A DNA stretch of 64,000 nucleotides from Bdellovibrionota bacterium (GTDB lineage: Bacteria; Bdellovibrionota_C; UBA2361; OMII01), in contig JBIKLA010000018.1 of assembly GCA_044360075.1 (NCBI GenBank), forward strand, positions 2,053 to 66,052, given 5' to 3'. Below, in pieces: positions 1 through 10,146 of this stretch. The number at the start of each line of letters is the position of its first letter. Position 1 is the stretch's first letter. The notes under the pieces were generated by a model that had not been told where the DNA came from, did not search any database, and saw only the letters and a program-made list of their open reading frames with translations. A program made the translations under genes and the position numbers.

Positions 1-2225
1 AGGAGCTTCCGATACCGGCCGACATCAAGGCTCGCGGTGCGATCGCCGTGCAGGAGTACCAAGCCGAGCATCGCCTTGCGTACTATGCAAGCGCCACCGT
101 TAACTGGTGCCCTGCGCTTGGGACGGTGCTCGCAAATGAGGAGGTTATCGACGGCAGGTCGGAACGCGGCAACCACGAGGTTATCCGGAAGGCGATGAAG
201 CAGTGGATGCTGCGTATCACCAAGTACGCTGAGCGGCTCCTTTCAGAGCTGAGCGAGATTGATTGGCCGGAAGCCATTAAGGAGCAGCAGCGCAACTGGA
301 TCGGCCGTAAAACCGGCACGGAGATTACCTTCACCGTTGCGGGCATCGGCAGCCCGCTTGCGGCGTTTACAACCCGCCCCGACACCCTCTTCGGAGTGAC
401 ATTCTTCGTCGTTGCTCCGGAACACCCGCTCGTTGATGAGCTCACGACCCCGGAACAGCAGGCCGTAGTCAACGAGTATTGCGAAAACGCCTCCCGCATG
501 AGCGATTTCGACCGGACCTTTGAGACGCGCAAGAAGACGGGCGTCTTTACCGGAGGCTATGTCGTTAATCCGGCCACTAGCGAGAGGGTGCCGGTGTACG
601 TCGGCGACTACGTCCTTATCTCGTACGGCACGGGTGCGGTCATGGGCGTTCCGGCGCACGACGAGCGCGACTTTGAATTCGCAAAGACCATAAATCTCCC
701 TGTTCGTGCCGTGATCGTTCCGGCTGATGGGGATGAGAAGCTAAAGGCTGAGGTGCGCGAGGGCGGGGTAGTGTGGACCGAGCCCGGAGTGATGCTTCCC
801 TCCTTGGCGCCGGTCGCAGCCGAACTCAAGCTTGAGGGTATCCCTAATGCGGCGGCAGGCGAGAAGATTACTTCATGGCTTGAGCAGCGAGGCGTCGGAA
901 GGCGGGTCGTGAACTACAAGCTCCGCGACTGGCTCTTTTCGCGTCAGCGCTACTGGGGTGAGCCGATACCGATTATTCATTGGGATGACGGGAGCGTCAC
1001 CGCGCTAAGCGACGCTGAGCTGCCGCTGCTGCTGCCCCAGGTGGCCGACTACAAGCCCTCGGACGGCGGCGAGTCGCCTCTGGCGAAGGCAACGGAGTGG
1101 CTTGACGTAACCGAACCCGGTACCGGCAAGAAGGGAAGGCGCGAGACGAACACGATGCCGCAATGGGCAGGTTCGTGCTGGTACTACCTGCGCTTCATCG
1201 ACCCGAAGGACGAGAAGCAGCCGTGGGATCCCAAGCTTGAGAAGCGCTGGATGCCTGTCGATCTCTACGTCGGCGGGGCAGAGCACGCGGTGCTTCACCT
1301 GCTCTACTCGCGATTTTGGCACAAGGTTCTTTTCGATCTTGGGCACGTCTCAACCCGCGAGCCGTTCAAGAAGCTCTATAATCAGGGGATGATCCAGTCG
1401 CACGCCTTCAAGGATAGCCGCGGTGCGCTGGTGGCGGTTGACCTCGTTACTGAGGGCGAGGACGGCGTGGCCAAGCATAAGGACACCGGGGAAAAGCTTG
1501 AGCGCATCATCGCGAAGATGTCGAAGTCACTTAAGAACGTGATTAATCCGGATGAAGTGATTGGGCAGTATGGAGCAGACACGCTCCGCACCTACCTGAT
1601 GTTTATGGGTCCGCTCGATGCCGGGCGCCCGTGGGACTCTAAGGCGATCACCGGCAACGCCCGGTTCCTGCGCCGGGCATTCCAGCTCGTGACGGGCGGC
1701 AAGGACGCAGGCTTTAGGGATGTTGTGCCCCTCGAGGCTGAGCCCGTTGAGGTGCGCAAAGGAATTAACAAGGCGGTCAAGAAGATCATCGATGATATCG
1801 AGGCCCTGCACTTGAATACGCCCATCTCGACCCTTATGGAGCTCCTCAACACCATCGGCGACAAGCCGGTGTCGAAGGAGACCCTTGAGAAGTTTACCCT
1901 TGTGCTCTCGCCCTTTGCGCCACACCTCTCCGAGGAGCTGTGGGAGAGGCTTGGTAATCAGGCCCCAGCGAGTAACGCCACGTGGCCGACTTTTGACCCC
2001 GCTTTTGTGGTTGATGACGTTGTGACGGTTGTTATCCAGATCTTGGGCAAGAAGCGTGCGACGGTGGATGTTGCCCCGTCAATCGATGAGGATGGCCTCA
2101 AGGCTGCAGTCATGGCCGCGATGGTGGGTACCCAGTACGTGATTTCGCCCGACGACCGCTTCATCACGGTGTTCAACCCAGGCACCAAGGTGCCGCGGCT
2201 GGTGAACGTGATAACGAAGGGCTAG
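1..2225 (+). CDS. leuS: Leucine--tRNA ligase, 5' end outside the window
   Basis: Frame is open from base 3. Class I motif KMSKSLKN, editing-domain motifs TTRPDTLFG and GTGAVMGVPAHDERD, and LRDWLFSRQRYWGEPIP are present. Confidence 0.97.
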   Translation, partial: ELPIPADIKARGAIAVQEYQAEHRLAYYASATVNWCPALGTVLANEEVIDGRSERGNHEVIRKAMKQWMLRITKYAERLLSELSEIDWPEAIKEQQRNWIGRKTGTEITFTVAGIGSPLAAFTTRPDTLFGVTFFVVAPEHPLVDELTTPEQQAVVNEYCENASRMSDFDRTFETRKKTGVFTGGYVVNPATSERVPVYVGDYVLISYGTGAVMGVPAHDERDFEFAKTINLPVRAVIVPADGDEKLKAEVREGGVVWTEPGVMLPSLAPVAAELKLEGIPNAAAGEKITSWLEQRGVGRRVVNYKLRDWLFSRQRYWGEPIPIIHWDDGSVTALSDAELPLLLPQVADYKPSDGGESPLAKATEWLDVTEPGTGKKGRRETNTMPQWAGSCWYYLRFIDPKDEKQPWDPKLEKRWMPVDLYVGGAEHAVLHLLYSRFWHKVLFDLGHVSTREPFKKLYNQGMIQSHAFKDSRGALVAVDLVTEGEDGVAKHKDTGEKLERIIAKMSKSLKNVINPDEVIGQYGADTLRTYLMFMGPLDAGRPWDSKAITGNARFLRRAFQLVTGGKDAGFRDVVPLEAEPVEVRKGINKAVKKIIDDIEALHLNTPISTLMELLNTIGDKPVSKETLEKFTLVLSPFAPHLSEELWERLGNQAPASNATWPTFDPAFVVDDVVTVVIQILGKKRATVDVAPSIDEDGLKAAVMAAMVGTQYVISPDDRFITVFNPGTKVPRLVNVITKG

Positions 2226-2235
2226 GCGCCCGTCG

Positions 2236-3657
2236 CTAGAACTGGAAGTAGATAAAGTCGCTCGGATTTGGGCTCGCTGCCACGAGAATACACGCCGCTG
2301 AGGCGAGCACAAAACCGATGCTGAGCGGAGTTCCGAAGCGCTTCCATATCTCCCGCGCCGTCTCCCGCTGTGGCACCACGTGCTCAAGCCAGGTCTCGAT
2401 CCACAGCGGAAGAGAGTAGATAAAGACCGACAGGAAGAAGTAGCGCGGAAGCGAGGCTGGGACGTCCGTCTCCGCGAAGGGGCTCAGCGTAAGGTACATG
2501 ACGAGCTGAGAGAGCTTGTGCTCCCGGAAGAGGAGCCAGCCGATATTCGTCAGGGCGAACATGAAGGCGACGCGCAGTGGAACGAGCGCAGATGCCTGAG
2601 AGATTCGGGCAGGGACGATCTTCGAGAAAAGGTGAAAGATTACCATGAGGGTGCCGTGGTAGGCGCCCCACAGCACAAAGTTCCAGCTTGCGCCGTGCCA
2701 CAGGCCGCTGATGCCGAAGACAATCATGAAGCACAGGTAGAGCCTCAGCGGGCCTGCGCGGGAGGGGCCGAGGAGCGGGATGAAGAGGTAGTCCTTAAAC
2801 CACTGGTTAAGCGAGATGTGCCAGCGCCTCCAGAAATCGGCTGGCGACCGGGCGATGTAGGGGTTGTTGAAATTCACCATGAGCTCGACCCCAAGCAGCT
2901 TTGCGCTGCCGCGCGCGATGTCGGAGTAGGCCGAGAAGTCAGCATAAATCTGGATGCAGAAGGCAAACACGCCAGACCACACGAGCCAGAAGCTTGGATA
3001 GTGAATCGAGAAGGCCTCATTGGCGATGAGGGCGACGTTGTCGGCGATAACGAGCTTCTGGATAAAGCCCCAGCCGATCAGCACAAGGCCCGAGCGGACC
3101 TGTTCAAGGGTGAGCTGGCGCTTCTGGGTAAGCTGGGGGAGGAGAGCGGTCGAGCGCTCGATTGGGCCGGCCACGAGCTGCGGAAAAAACGCGATATAAT
3201 TCGCGTAGTGGAGCAGGCTTTTGCACGGCTCCCGGCTCCCGCGGTACACGTCGATAATGTAGCCGATGCTCTGGAAAGTGTAGAAGGAGATTCCGGCAGG
3301 CAGGAAGATAGAGAGCGTAGGGGGGCTCCACGAAAGGCCAGCGATGCTCAGCAACGCACTGAAGTTATCGGCAAAGAAGGAGGCGTACTTAAAGGTTCCG
3401 AGCAGCGCCAGGTTAAATCCGAGGCTGATGATAAGCATGAGCTTGCGGCGATCCTTGGATCGCGCGATCGCCTGCCCGAGGTAAAAGTCCATGAAGGTGG
3501 AGGCGATGAGAAGAGTGACGAACCAGGGATGAATCCAGCCGTAGAATATGTAGCTGCCGATCAGTAGCAGCCACGACTGGCCGCGCTCGCTGAGGCACCA
3601 GTAGAGCGTGACGAAGCAGGTGAGAAAGATAAGGAACTCAATGCTATGAAAGATCAT
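2236..3657 (-). CDS. MBOAT family O-acyltransferase (AlgI/DltB-like)
   Basis: Polytopic, 473 aa. Motifs LPAGISFYTFQSIGY, FFPQLVAGPIER, DFSAYSDIARG, FWRRWHISL and SGLWHGASWNF (catalytic His). Confidence 0.92.
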   Translation of the reverse strand: MIFHSIEFLIFLTCFVTLYWCLSERGQSWLLLIGSYIFYGWIHPWFVTLLIASTFMDFYLGQAIARSKDRRKLMLIISLGFNLALLGTFKYASFFADNFSALLSIAGLSWSPPTLSIFLPAGISFYTFQSIGYIIDVYRGSREPCKSLLHYANYIAFFPQLVAGPIERSTALLPQLTQKRQLTLEQVRSGLVLIGWGFIQKLVIADNVALIANEAFSIHYPSFWLVWSGVFAFCIQIYADFSAYSDIARGSAKLLGVELMVNFNNPYIARSPADFWRRWHISLNQWFKDYLFIPLLGPSRAGPLRLYLCFMIVFGISGLWHGASWNFVLWGAYHGTLMVIFHLFSKIVPARISQASALVPLRVAFMFALTNIGWLLFREHKLSQLVMYLTLSPFAETDVPASLPRYFFLSVFIYSLPLWIETWLEHVVPQRETAREIWKRFGTPLSIGFVLASAACILVAASPNPSDFIYFQF

Positions 3658-4667
3658 TGCTTGGAATCCTTGATGTACTTCCTGTAAAACATCTCTGTGT
3701 ACTGGCTTCTCTTGACAACGTGATCGTCGGATGGAGTTCCGTAGTAGTCGTCGGTAACCTCCGTGTCTCCGCTTTCGTCGATGTAGCAGACGTTGTTGCG
3801 GTCGAAGTAGGCTTTGAGCTCGCGCTTGTAGTCAATGAACGTGGGCTCGTCTTCGCGCCGCAGCTTTGGTGCGCGCCTGATGCGGAAGAAGCACACGTTG
3901 AGGTTGTTTTCCTTGGCCACCTGCACCATAGGCTCAAGGAAAGACTTGCCAAGCGCCGCGGAGAACTCTTCAGTCGAGGTCATCGGCACGTCGCGCGGGC
4001 GGAAATCTTGGTCGTGAACTACGTCGAATGCTGGTCGGCGGCCGACTGTCTTGAGGTAGCCGTTGATCTCCTCGCGCGTCTTCTCGTAGGGCGCAAAGCT
4101 TGAGAGCTGCATCACCATTTTTGAGAAGGCCTGGCGGGCTGGCTCCTGGATCTCGCTGCGTCCATAGAAGCGGCGGATGCGGTCGATTACTTTCTCCAGA
4201 AAGGTCTCGCTCTTTCTGCGGATGAGGCGATCGTAGACCGGCTCGTAGAAGGTCAGCTCCGTCTCGATAAACTCGGCGTCTTTCGGGGGAACCTGGAACT
4301 CTGTCACGGTCAGCTGCTCGTCCGTGAAAAAAATGAAGACCTTTTTGGGCGTAATGTTGGCGGCGGCGACGAAGTTCTTGAGCCAGATGTACCACGTGGC
4401 GATAAAGCTCGGCCCGGCAGCGACACGGTAGGCCTTCTCCCCGGAGAGGCCGGAGAGGTACTTGGCATCGATGCGCGACTCGCACATCGAGTTCCCGATA
4501 AACACGTAGTCGGGCTGCATCTCCTCCATCTCCTTGATTGGCAGGTCATAGAATGCCTTTGTGCGGGTGTTCACCATGAAGGGGAGCGCAAGCGCCAGTG
4601 CGAGGACCGCGACGCAGCTCATCAGCAGAAAGAGCGGGTAGCGGCTGGAGTGGGTTGGAGAGTTCAT
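3654..4667 (-). CDS. Membrane-anchored SGNH-hydrolase-like protein (DltD/AlgJ-like partner of the MBOAT)
   Basis: N-terminal hydrophobic helix, VFIGNSM block-I-like motif and a C-terminal DDH. 4-nt overlap with the MBOAT start. Start placed at ATG 4667 rather than the track's 4763. Confidence 0.6.
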   Translation of the reverse strand: MNSPTHSSRYPLFLLMSCVAVLALALALPFMVNTRTKAFYDLPIKEMEEMQPDYVFIGNSMCESRIDAKYLSGLSGEKAYRVAAGPSFIATWYIWLKNFVAAANITPKKVFIFFTDEQLTVTEFQVPPKDAEFIETELTFYEPVYDRLIRRKSETFLEKVIDRIRRFYGRSEIQEPARQAFSKMVMQLSSFAPYEKTREEINGYLKTVGRRPAFDVVHDQDFRPRDVPMTSTEEFSAALGKSFLEPMVQVAKENNLNVCFFRIRRAPKLRREDEPTFIDYKRELKAYFDRNNVCYIDESGDTEVTDDYYGTPSDDHVVKRSQYTEMFYRKYIKDSKQ

Positions 4668-4825
4668 GACGCAGTGTTGCTGGCTGAAAGGTCGCACGAA
4701 AATAAGCCTACAGATTGGACTCTCTATTTTGGGGGCGCTTTCGGGGTTGCCGCAACTGCGCAAAGCAACAACGAACGACCGCCCGGTAAAACGGAGTTAT
4801 CGCGTTCTCTTTAGATGATCGGAAG

Positions 4826-6469
4826 CTAGAAGGAGATGCTTTGGACGAAGAGCCGCGAGCCTAGTCGCGTGGCCCGAACAACAACTTTTTTGCCGGATTC
4901 CGCAGGAATATCTACGGTTCCCCTGGCTCCCGAAGCGGCATGAACGAGGTTTAATTTTGAACCAGCCGATACGTAGGCGCGCAGCACCTGGGCGTTCTGG
5001 GGCAGGCTCCTCCAGCTCCTGGTGTCCGCCACCTCGGTAAGCACGTTGTAGACGGCCACCGCCGAGCCCGCCAGCAGGCCTCCATGCTTGCTCGCCAGGG
5101 CGGACGCTGCGCCCTTAATAGAGGCGCGCACGATTTGCCTAATGATCATCGGAACGATCGACTCACGGTAGGCCTTGACCGCAAGCGCGTCCATCGCGCA
5201 GATCGTTTCGGTGCTGCCGAGCGGCTGTCCGCCTTGCGAAATCGAGAGGGGGTGTACCGGCGCTACCGATGCCTTGTAAATCGGTATCGCGATCATCGTC
5301 AGGCCCGGGGCGCTCTTGATCGGGATTGGGAGCGGGAATGCCACGGCGGTCTTGCCGGGGATAATGCCGTCCTCAAACAGCACCACCGCCTCTGAGCGGC
5401 CCGTGTGGGGCGTCTTACCTGCGCGAAACGGCCCGGGGAAGCGCTTCCTAAAGGCTTCGATGTCGTCGGTCATGTCGAGGTCGAGTGCGAGCCGCGCTAC
5501 GTCGCGCTGAATGACGGAATTTTTCGGGGCGATCTCAAGCGCCTTCTTGTAGTCGATGTAGGCGTCGTTCGGCTCGCCCATGAGCTCGTGCACGACGGCC
5601 GACATGTAGAAGGTGTAGGCGTTCTGGAACGAGTTCTTCACCTGTGCCGCAACCGCCTTGGTGCTGCCGAGCATCGCGTCGATCTTATTCGAGAACGGCG
5701 AGGTCGAGAAGTCGCGCGAACGAGCCTCCTCTTCGGCATCGGCAAGCTCTTCCTCGTGCGCCTTGAGCGCCGCTACCTGCGCAGCATTTGCCCGCCGCAC
5801 CTCGACTCCAGCGTCTTCGAGGTTGCCCTTCATGAGGTAGTTGAGCGCCTGATAGTGGTAGGCAAGCACCCGCTCGAAGGGAGGCGGCTGATACGGGATG
5901 AGGTTGTCGTTAACGACGAGGGACGCGGCGTGCGTGGCCATGTCGCTTATGCTGATGTACGCGCGCTCGTCGAACTCCTCGATCTCGTCAAGGGCCTCCC
6001 CAAGCTGTTCCAGGCTAAAGTCGGTTTCGCTCTGCAGTTGCGCGAGGCGCCCCCGCTCGCAGTAGGCGAGGGTGTTGTCCCATCCTTCAACCTCGTCGCT
6101 CAGCGCGCTCTGCACGTTGATTGTCTGGCCGGCGCCCATCGCCTTGAGCAGCTGCGGCACCTTCGAGTCAACGCCCACTATCTCTACCTTCTGCTTGCCG
6201 GGCTGAGCCTGCTGCTGCTTGCCGGTAGCCTCGGAGGGGCCGCCCAGAAACGTCGATACGCTGTCAGCTGCGACGCCGAGCCCGGTTCCCGTGGCATTCA
6301 TGGCCGTGTTAAGGGCCGAGACGCTGCTGTTGGCGGCATTTTTAATTCCGGGAGAGCTCGTCAGGTTCTCCACATGAGAGCAGGCACCGAGCAGGGGCAA
6401 GCATGCCGCCAGGGGCAGAAGGCAAGTCCATCCTCGGCATGTCGTTGTTGCTTTTGCGTTGTTCTGCAT
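4826..6469 (-). CDS. TPR-containing lipoprotein, COG3014-like
   Basis: Lipobox LLGAC. Helical TPR-like segments (YCERGRLAQL, DAYIDYKKALE), NSFQNAY, and C-terminal ADTRSWRSLP typical of this family. Start chosen at ATG 6469. Confidence 0.6.
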   Translation of the reverse strand: MQNNAKATTTCRGWTCLLPLAACLPLLGACSHVENLTSSPGIKNAANSSVSALNTAMNATGTGLGVAADSVSTFLGGPSEATGKQQQAQPGKQKVEIVGVDSKVPQLLKAMGAGQTINVQSALSDEVEGWDNTLAYCERGRLAQLQSETDFSLEQLGEALDEIEEFDERAYISISDMATHAASLVVNDNLIPYQPPPFERVLAYHYQALNYLMKGNLEDAGVEVRRANAAQVAALKAHEEELADAEEEARSRDFSTSPFSNKIDAMLGSTKAVAAQVKNSFQNAYTFYMSAVVHELMGEPNDAYIDYKKALEIAPKNSVIQRDVARLALDLDMTDDIEAFRKRFPGPFRAGKTPHTGRSEAVVLFEDGIIPGKTAVAFPLPIPIKSAPGLTMIAIPIYKASVAPVHPLSISQGGQPLGSTETICAMDALAVKAYRESIVPMIIRQIVRASIKGAASALASKHGGLLAGSAVAVYNVLTEVADTRSWRSLPQNAQVLRAYVSAGSKLNLVHAASGARGTVDIPAESGKKVVVRATRLGSRLFVQSISF

Positions 6470-6682
6470 CGCTCTCTCCGGTTTTTTGCGCATGGGCTTC
6501 CGCCCGAATCCGGCGCGTGGAGGCCACCCGATAGAGATGTCGTTGCACCCAGCACGGATCCGCTGGCGCCCCCTTTGGCGCAAGCATGTTGCCTCACCTA
6601 CGGGGCTTACAAGCCCATAGTCTCTGGGGGCATGACGGAAGCGCCCCTGCCAGCGGGGCGGAGGGTGTTTTATGAGACGGCG

Positions 6683-7252
6683 TTAGGCCGGGGCGATCGC
6701 CTGCATGGCGAGGATGCAGTTTGCCGCATGCTGCTCAAGCGGGATGCCGAGCTCCTCAGCGCCAAGCCGGATATCGTCACGGTTACACCCACGCGCGAAG
6801 GCCTTGTCCTTCATCTTCTTCATGACCGACTTCACCTCGAGGTTGTGAATCGACTTGTCTGGGCGCACGAGCACGCTCGCCGTGATGAGGCCGGAGAGCT
6901 CATCAACCGCGAAGAGCGTCTTGTCCAGAAGGGTAACTCGCGGCACGCCGGAGTAGAGCGCATGGCCCATGATCGCCGTGCGAAGCTCCGCCGGATACCC
7001 GAGCTCGCCCAAGATGGTGTTGCCCTTAAACGGGTGCCCATCGGGGCTCACTGGCTCTGGATACATCTCATAGTCAAAGTCATGTAGCAGCCCGGTTATG
7101 CCCCATAGCTCGGCGTCCGTTCCGTGGCCCCCCTGTGCAAAGTGGCCGGCATACCACCGCATGCATGCCTCAACCCCCAGGGCATGTCCCAGCAGGCTCG
7201 GGCCTTTTGTGTACTCTTGCAGCAGCGCTAGCGCCTCGTCTCTTGTCTTCAT
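6683..7252 (-). CDS. HDIG/HD-domain metal-dependent phosphohydrolase
   Basis: GLLHDFD, AIMGHA, LFAVDELSGLITA and KKMKDKAFARG motifs of the small HDIG family. Confidence 0.85.
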   Translation of the reverse strand: MKTRDEALALLQEYTKGPSLLGHALGVEACMRWYAGHFAQGGHGTDAELWGITGLLHDFDYEMYPEPVSPDGHPFKGNTILGELGYPAELRTAIMGHALYSGVPRVTLLDKTLFAVDELSGLITASVLVRPDKSIHNLEVKSVMKKMKDKAFARGCNRDDIRLGAEELGIPLEQHAANCILAMQAIAPA

Positions 7253-7261
7253 GTGCTGCTG

Positions 7262-7795
7262 CTATGTCCGAGAGGGCTCGATGGGGTTCGCCGTCTCGCT
7301 CGTCGAGAAGACGTCGAGCAGCTTGAGGAGGTTTTGGAGCTGGATACGCTTCTCGATCTCCGATGCCGGGACGGTGGTATTGAACTGCTTGTCACCATCA
7401 CGCACCGAGATGACGAGGTACGAAGCGTCGGGCTTCGGTGCCGAGACGGGCGGCATGGTGAAGACGTCCGACTCTCGCACGAGCTGCAGGGCGCGCGCGG
7501 TGTTCGATCGGTCCTGGTTCTCGGTCAGCGAGCGTGCCGGGAGGATCCAGGTGAGGGTGGGCGGTGGGGTCGGGCGGCCAATGAGCTGGATGGTCACGCT
7601 GAGCTTCACGTTGGCCAGGGCTGAGGGATCGGAGGGCACGGTCTGCTCAAGTATCGGCGCGGTTGCCGTGTACCACCTGTTAAAGTCGACTGCGAGGTCG
7701 CTTGGCAGCGGCTTGCTCGTCAGGTTGAACACAACGACGGCGAGAAGGGCCACGGCTGCCGTGAACAGTGCCTGGTTTGAGATCAGCTTTCGCAT
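7262..7795 (-). CDS. Hypothetical exported or membrane-anchored protein
   Basis: N-terminal hydrophobic segment (ALFTAAVALLAVVVF). Co-oriented with and tightly spaced from its neighbours. Confidence 0.65.
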   Translation of the reverse strand: MRKLISNQALFTAAVALLAVVVFNLTSKPLPSDLAVDFNRWYTATAPILEQTVPSDPSALANVKLSVTIQLIGRPTPPPTLTWILPARSLTENQDRSNTARALQLVRESDVFTMPPVSAPKPDASYLVISVRDGDKQFNTTVPASEIEKRIQLQNLLKLLDVFSTSETANPIEPSRT

Positions 7796-7863
7796 AGAGG
7801 GGCCTAAGGATAGTAGCGTACCCAGGAATGGTCAAATGCCAAGATCTGTGTGAGGACGGGGGG

Positions 7864-9261
7864 TTAACGAGATGCCGGCTTGCGCTTTGCCGCCTCGGCC
7901 AAGAGCCTCTCGCGCTCGTTAATCGACGGGTCGTCCAGAACCAGCTCCTCGAGCTCCTTAAGCAGCGCACCCATGGCCGGCCCCGGCTTCATTCCGAGCT
8001 CGATCAGGTCCGCTCCCGTTACGGCGAGCTTGCCGTACGCCGGGCCCGCGAGGCGTTCCTGCTCGGCCTTGAGCAAGGCATCGAATCCATCGGCCACAGC
8101 CTGGAACTCCTCGGCTGGCATGAGCGGGGGCGCGTCAGCCTCCTTGAAGCTGCGCCAACGGGGCAGGCTCTCGCCGAGGTCGCGCATGAGGCGCCGCACC
8201 CCCGAGGCGCCGCAGTCAAGCGGGCGCATGTGGTGGCGAACGATCGATGCAATGGTGTCCGTGTTGTCACGTGAGAAGCGCAATGAGTGCATCCGCTCCC
8301 GGGCAAGCTTTTCGCTCACGACCTCATGCTGGTAGAAGTGGCGATCGCCCCTGTCGTCGACCGAAAGGGTGTGAGGCTTTCCGACGTCGTGAAAGAGCGC
8401 GGCCCAGCGCATGATCGGATCATGGGGCGACCGCTCAAGTACCCACATCGTGTGCTCGAAGACATCATGCTTATGGAAACGGTTCTGCTCGAAGCCGATG
8501 GCGGGAATGAGCTCGGGTACGGTAAACGGCAGCGCTCCAATCTCCTTGATGCATTGGAATCCAGCGTGTGGATGGGGACTCATGAGAATGGCTTGGAGCT
8601 CAACACGGATCCGCTCGGGGCTCACGCCTGCGAGTCGATCAGCGAGCTGGGCGGCGGCCGCGAGCGCCTCCGCGTCTAGCGAGCGGCCCTGTGCGGGGCC
8701 GAACCTGGCCATGCGCAGTATTCGAAGTGGGTCCTCCCCAAAGCGCCGGGCCGCATCGCCGACCGCGCGCAGGCGTCCCTCTCGAATATCTACTATCGCG
8801 TTGAGCGGGTCGACGATCTTCTCGGAAAACATGTCGAAAGCGATCGCATTGATTGTGAAGTCGCGACCAGAGAGGTCCGTCTCGATATCGTGTGCCGGCG
8901 TGTGTACATCCCGCTCGCTTGGAACGCGGAACGTGGTGACTTCGACGTGCGTCTCGCCGATGACCGCCAGGATGGTGCCGTGCTGAAGCCCTGTGTCCAC
9001 GGTCTTGATGCCATGCCGGTGGCAGCGAGCGCGAACTTCCGGAGCCTCCAGGTTAGTTGCAAGATCGAGGTCAGTTCCGCTAAGGCCGTAAAATGCGTCA
9101 CGGACAGAGCCCCCGACCAGGTACAGCTCGGCCGGCATGAGCGCCACGGAGAGGGCCTTCAGGGCAGGGATATGGATGACCGCCGATAGCTGCGCCGTTG
9201 CGTCAGCTTGGCTGAGCACGGGGGTCGAGGAAGTTGTACCAGGAGGACGGAATCTTTCCAT
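7864..9261 (-). CDS. cca: CCA tRNA nucleotidyltransferase / poly(A) polymerase family, with HD domain
   Basis: LYLVGGSVRD, DLDLAT, EVTTFR, RDFTINA, EDPLRILR and ALFHDVGKP motifs. Exact start uncertain (59-nt overlap with the HNH gene). Confidence 0.9.
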   Translation of the reverse strand: MERFRPPGTTSSTPVLSQADATAQLSAVIHIPALKALSVALMPAELYLVGGSVRDAFYGLSGTDLDLATNLEAPEVRARCHRHGIKTVDTGLQHGTILAVIGETHVEVTTFRVPSERDVHTPAHDIETDLSGRDFTINAIAFDMFSEKIVDPLNAIVDIREGRLRAVGDAARRFGEDPLRILRMARFGPAQGRSLDAEALAAAAQLADRLAGVSPERIRVELQAILMSPHPHAGFQCIKEIGALPFTVPELIPAIGFEQNRFHKHDVFEHTMWVLERSPHDPIMRWAALFHDVGKPHTLSVDDRGDRHFYQHEVVSEKLARERMHSLRFSRDNTDTIASIVRHHMRPLDCGASGVRRLMRDLGESLPRWRSFKEADAPPLMPAEEFQAVADGFDALLKAEQERLAGPAYGKLAVTGADLIELGMKPGPAMGALLKELEELVLDDPSINERERLLAEAAKRKPASR

Positions 9262-9721
9262 GCAGTTTAATATTGAGGACGGGCAGCCAGTCGGGCTTGT
9301 GCGGCTTCGAAAGGAGCTTCATGTGCGCCTCCTTCGGGGTCCTGCCGCCCTTCTTTCTGTTGCAGGTTCCGCATGCGCACACGATATTTTCCCACGTGGT
9401 TTTTCCCCCCTGGCTGCGGGGAATCACGTGGTCGAGCGTGGCCTCCTTCGAGGTCAGCTCGCGCTGGCAATACTGGCATTGAAAGCGGTCGCGAGCCAAC
9501 ACGTTGGCTCTTGAGAGGGGAGGACTGCGCCGGCCGGCCCTGAAAAACCGCACCAGCTTCACAACGGCTGGGGCCTTGATTGCAATTGATACCGAGCGGA
9601 TGTGATGGTCGTACTCCTCTATGATTTCCACCTTTCCGAGGAAGAACAGGCAGACGGCATTTTGCCAAGAGATGACTCTGAGGGGCTCGTAGGAGGCGCT
9701 CACCAAAAGTACCGGACTCAT
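9203..9721 (-). CDS. HNH endonuclease (McrA-like, Zn-binding)
   Basis: RDRFQCQYC...TLDHVIPRSQGG...NIVCACGTCNRKKG motif. Confidence 0.9.
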   Translation of the reverse strand: MSPVLLVSASYEPLRVISWQNAVCLFFLGKVEIIEEYDHHIRSVSIAIKAPAVVKLVRFFRAGRRSPPLSRANVLARDRFQCQYCQRELTSKEATLDHVIPRSQGGKTTWENIVCACGTCNRKKGGRTPKEAHMKLLSKPHKPDWLPVLNIKLHGKIPSSWYNFLDPRAQPS

Positions 9722-9862
9722 ACCCTTAAAAGGGATAAACCTAGGTAAACAGCTAATTTTTACTCTACTCTTCCAGTATCAATAGTGTCGGTAGGTTACG
9801 CAAGTAAGATGTCTAGGTATGATAACTGCTCGCAAAAACAAGCATTAATCGGGGTGGTTACC

Positions 9863-9891
9863 TTGACACTGAAGGGTCTTACCTTTATTTT
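9863..9891 (+). promoter_or_regulatory. Sigma-70-type promoter for the tRNA pair
   Basis: TTGACA (9863-9868), 17-bp spacer, TATTTT (9886-9891), ending 18 bp before tRNA-Ile. Confidence 0.65.
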
Positions 9892-9909
9892 CCGGGTCTT
9901 GCAGCGGAG

Positions 9910-9986
9910 GGGCCAGTAGCTCAGCTGGTTAGAGTACACGCCTGATAAGCGTGAGGTCGGTAGTTCGAGTCTACCCTGGCCCACCA
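9910..9986 (+). tRNA. tRNA-Ile (GAT)
   Basis: Acceptor stem GGGCCAG/CTGGCCC, D arm AGCTCAGCTGGTTAGAGT, anticodon arm CACGC-CTGATAA-GCGTG, T loop GTTCGAG, encoded CCA. Confidence 0.97.
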
Positions 9987-10146
9987 TTATTCCCATTCCG
10001 ATGGCGGCAAAGCGCGCATGCGCCGGCTGCCGGGGGAGATGCTCCAAGCAGAGACGGGCGACGTTCCTCGCGTTTGGCGCGGCGCTTGGCTTTGCGAGAG
10101 TTTGAGGGCACAATGCAGCCGCTGCATCGGCAGCTTCATTAATCGT

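Noticed and set aside
2380-3567. 395-aa plus-strand ORF
   Set aside because: Antisense shadow of the motif-rich MBOAT gene; expected from GC-rich codon bias.
5405-7087. 560-aa plus-strand ORF
   Set aside because: Antisense to the COG3014-like and HDIG genes; no motifs.
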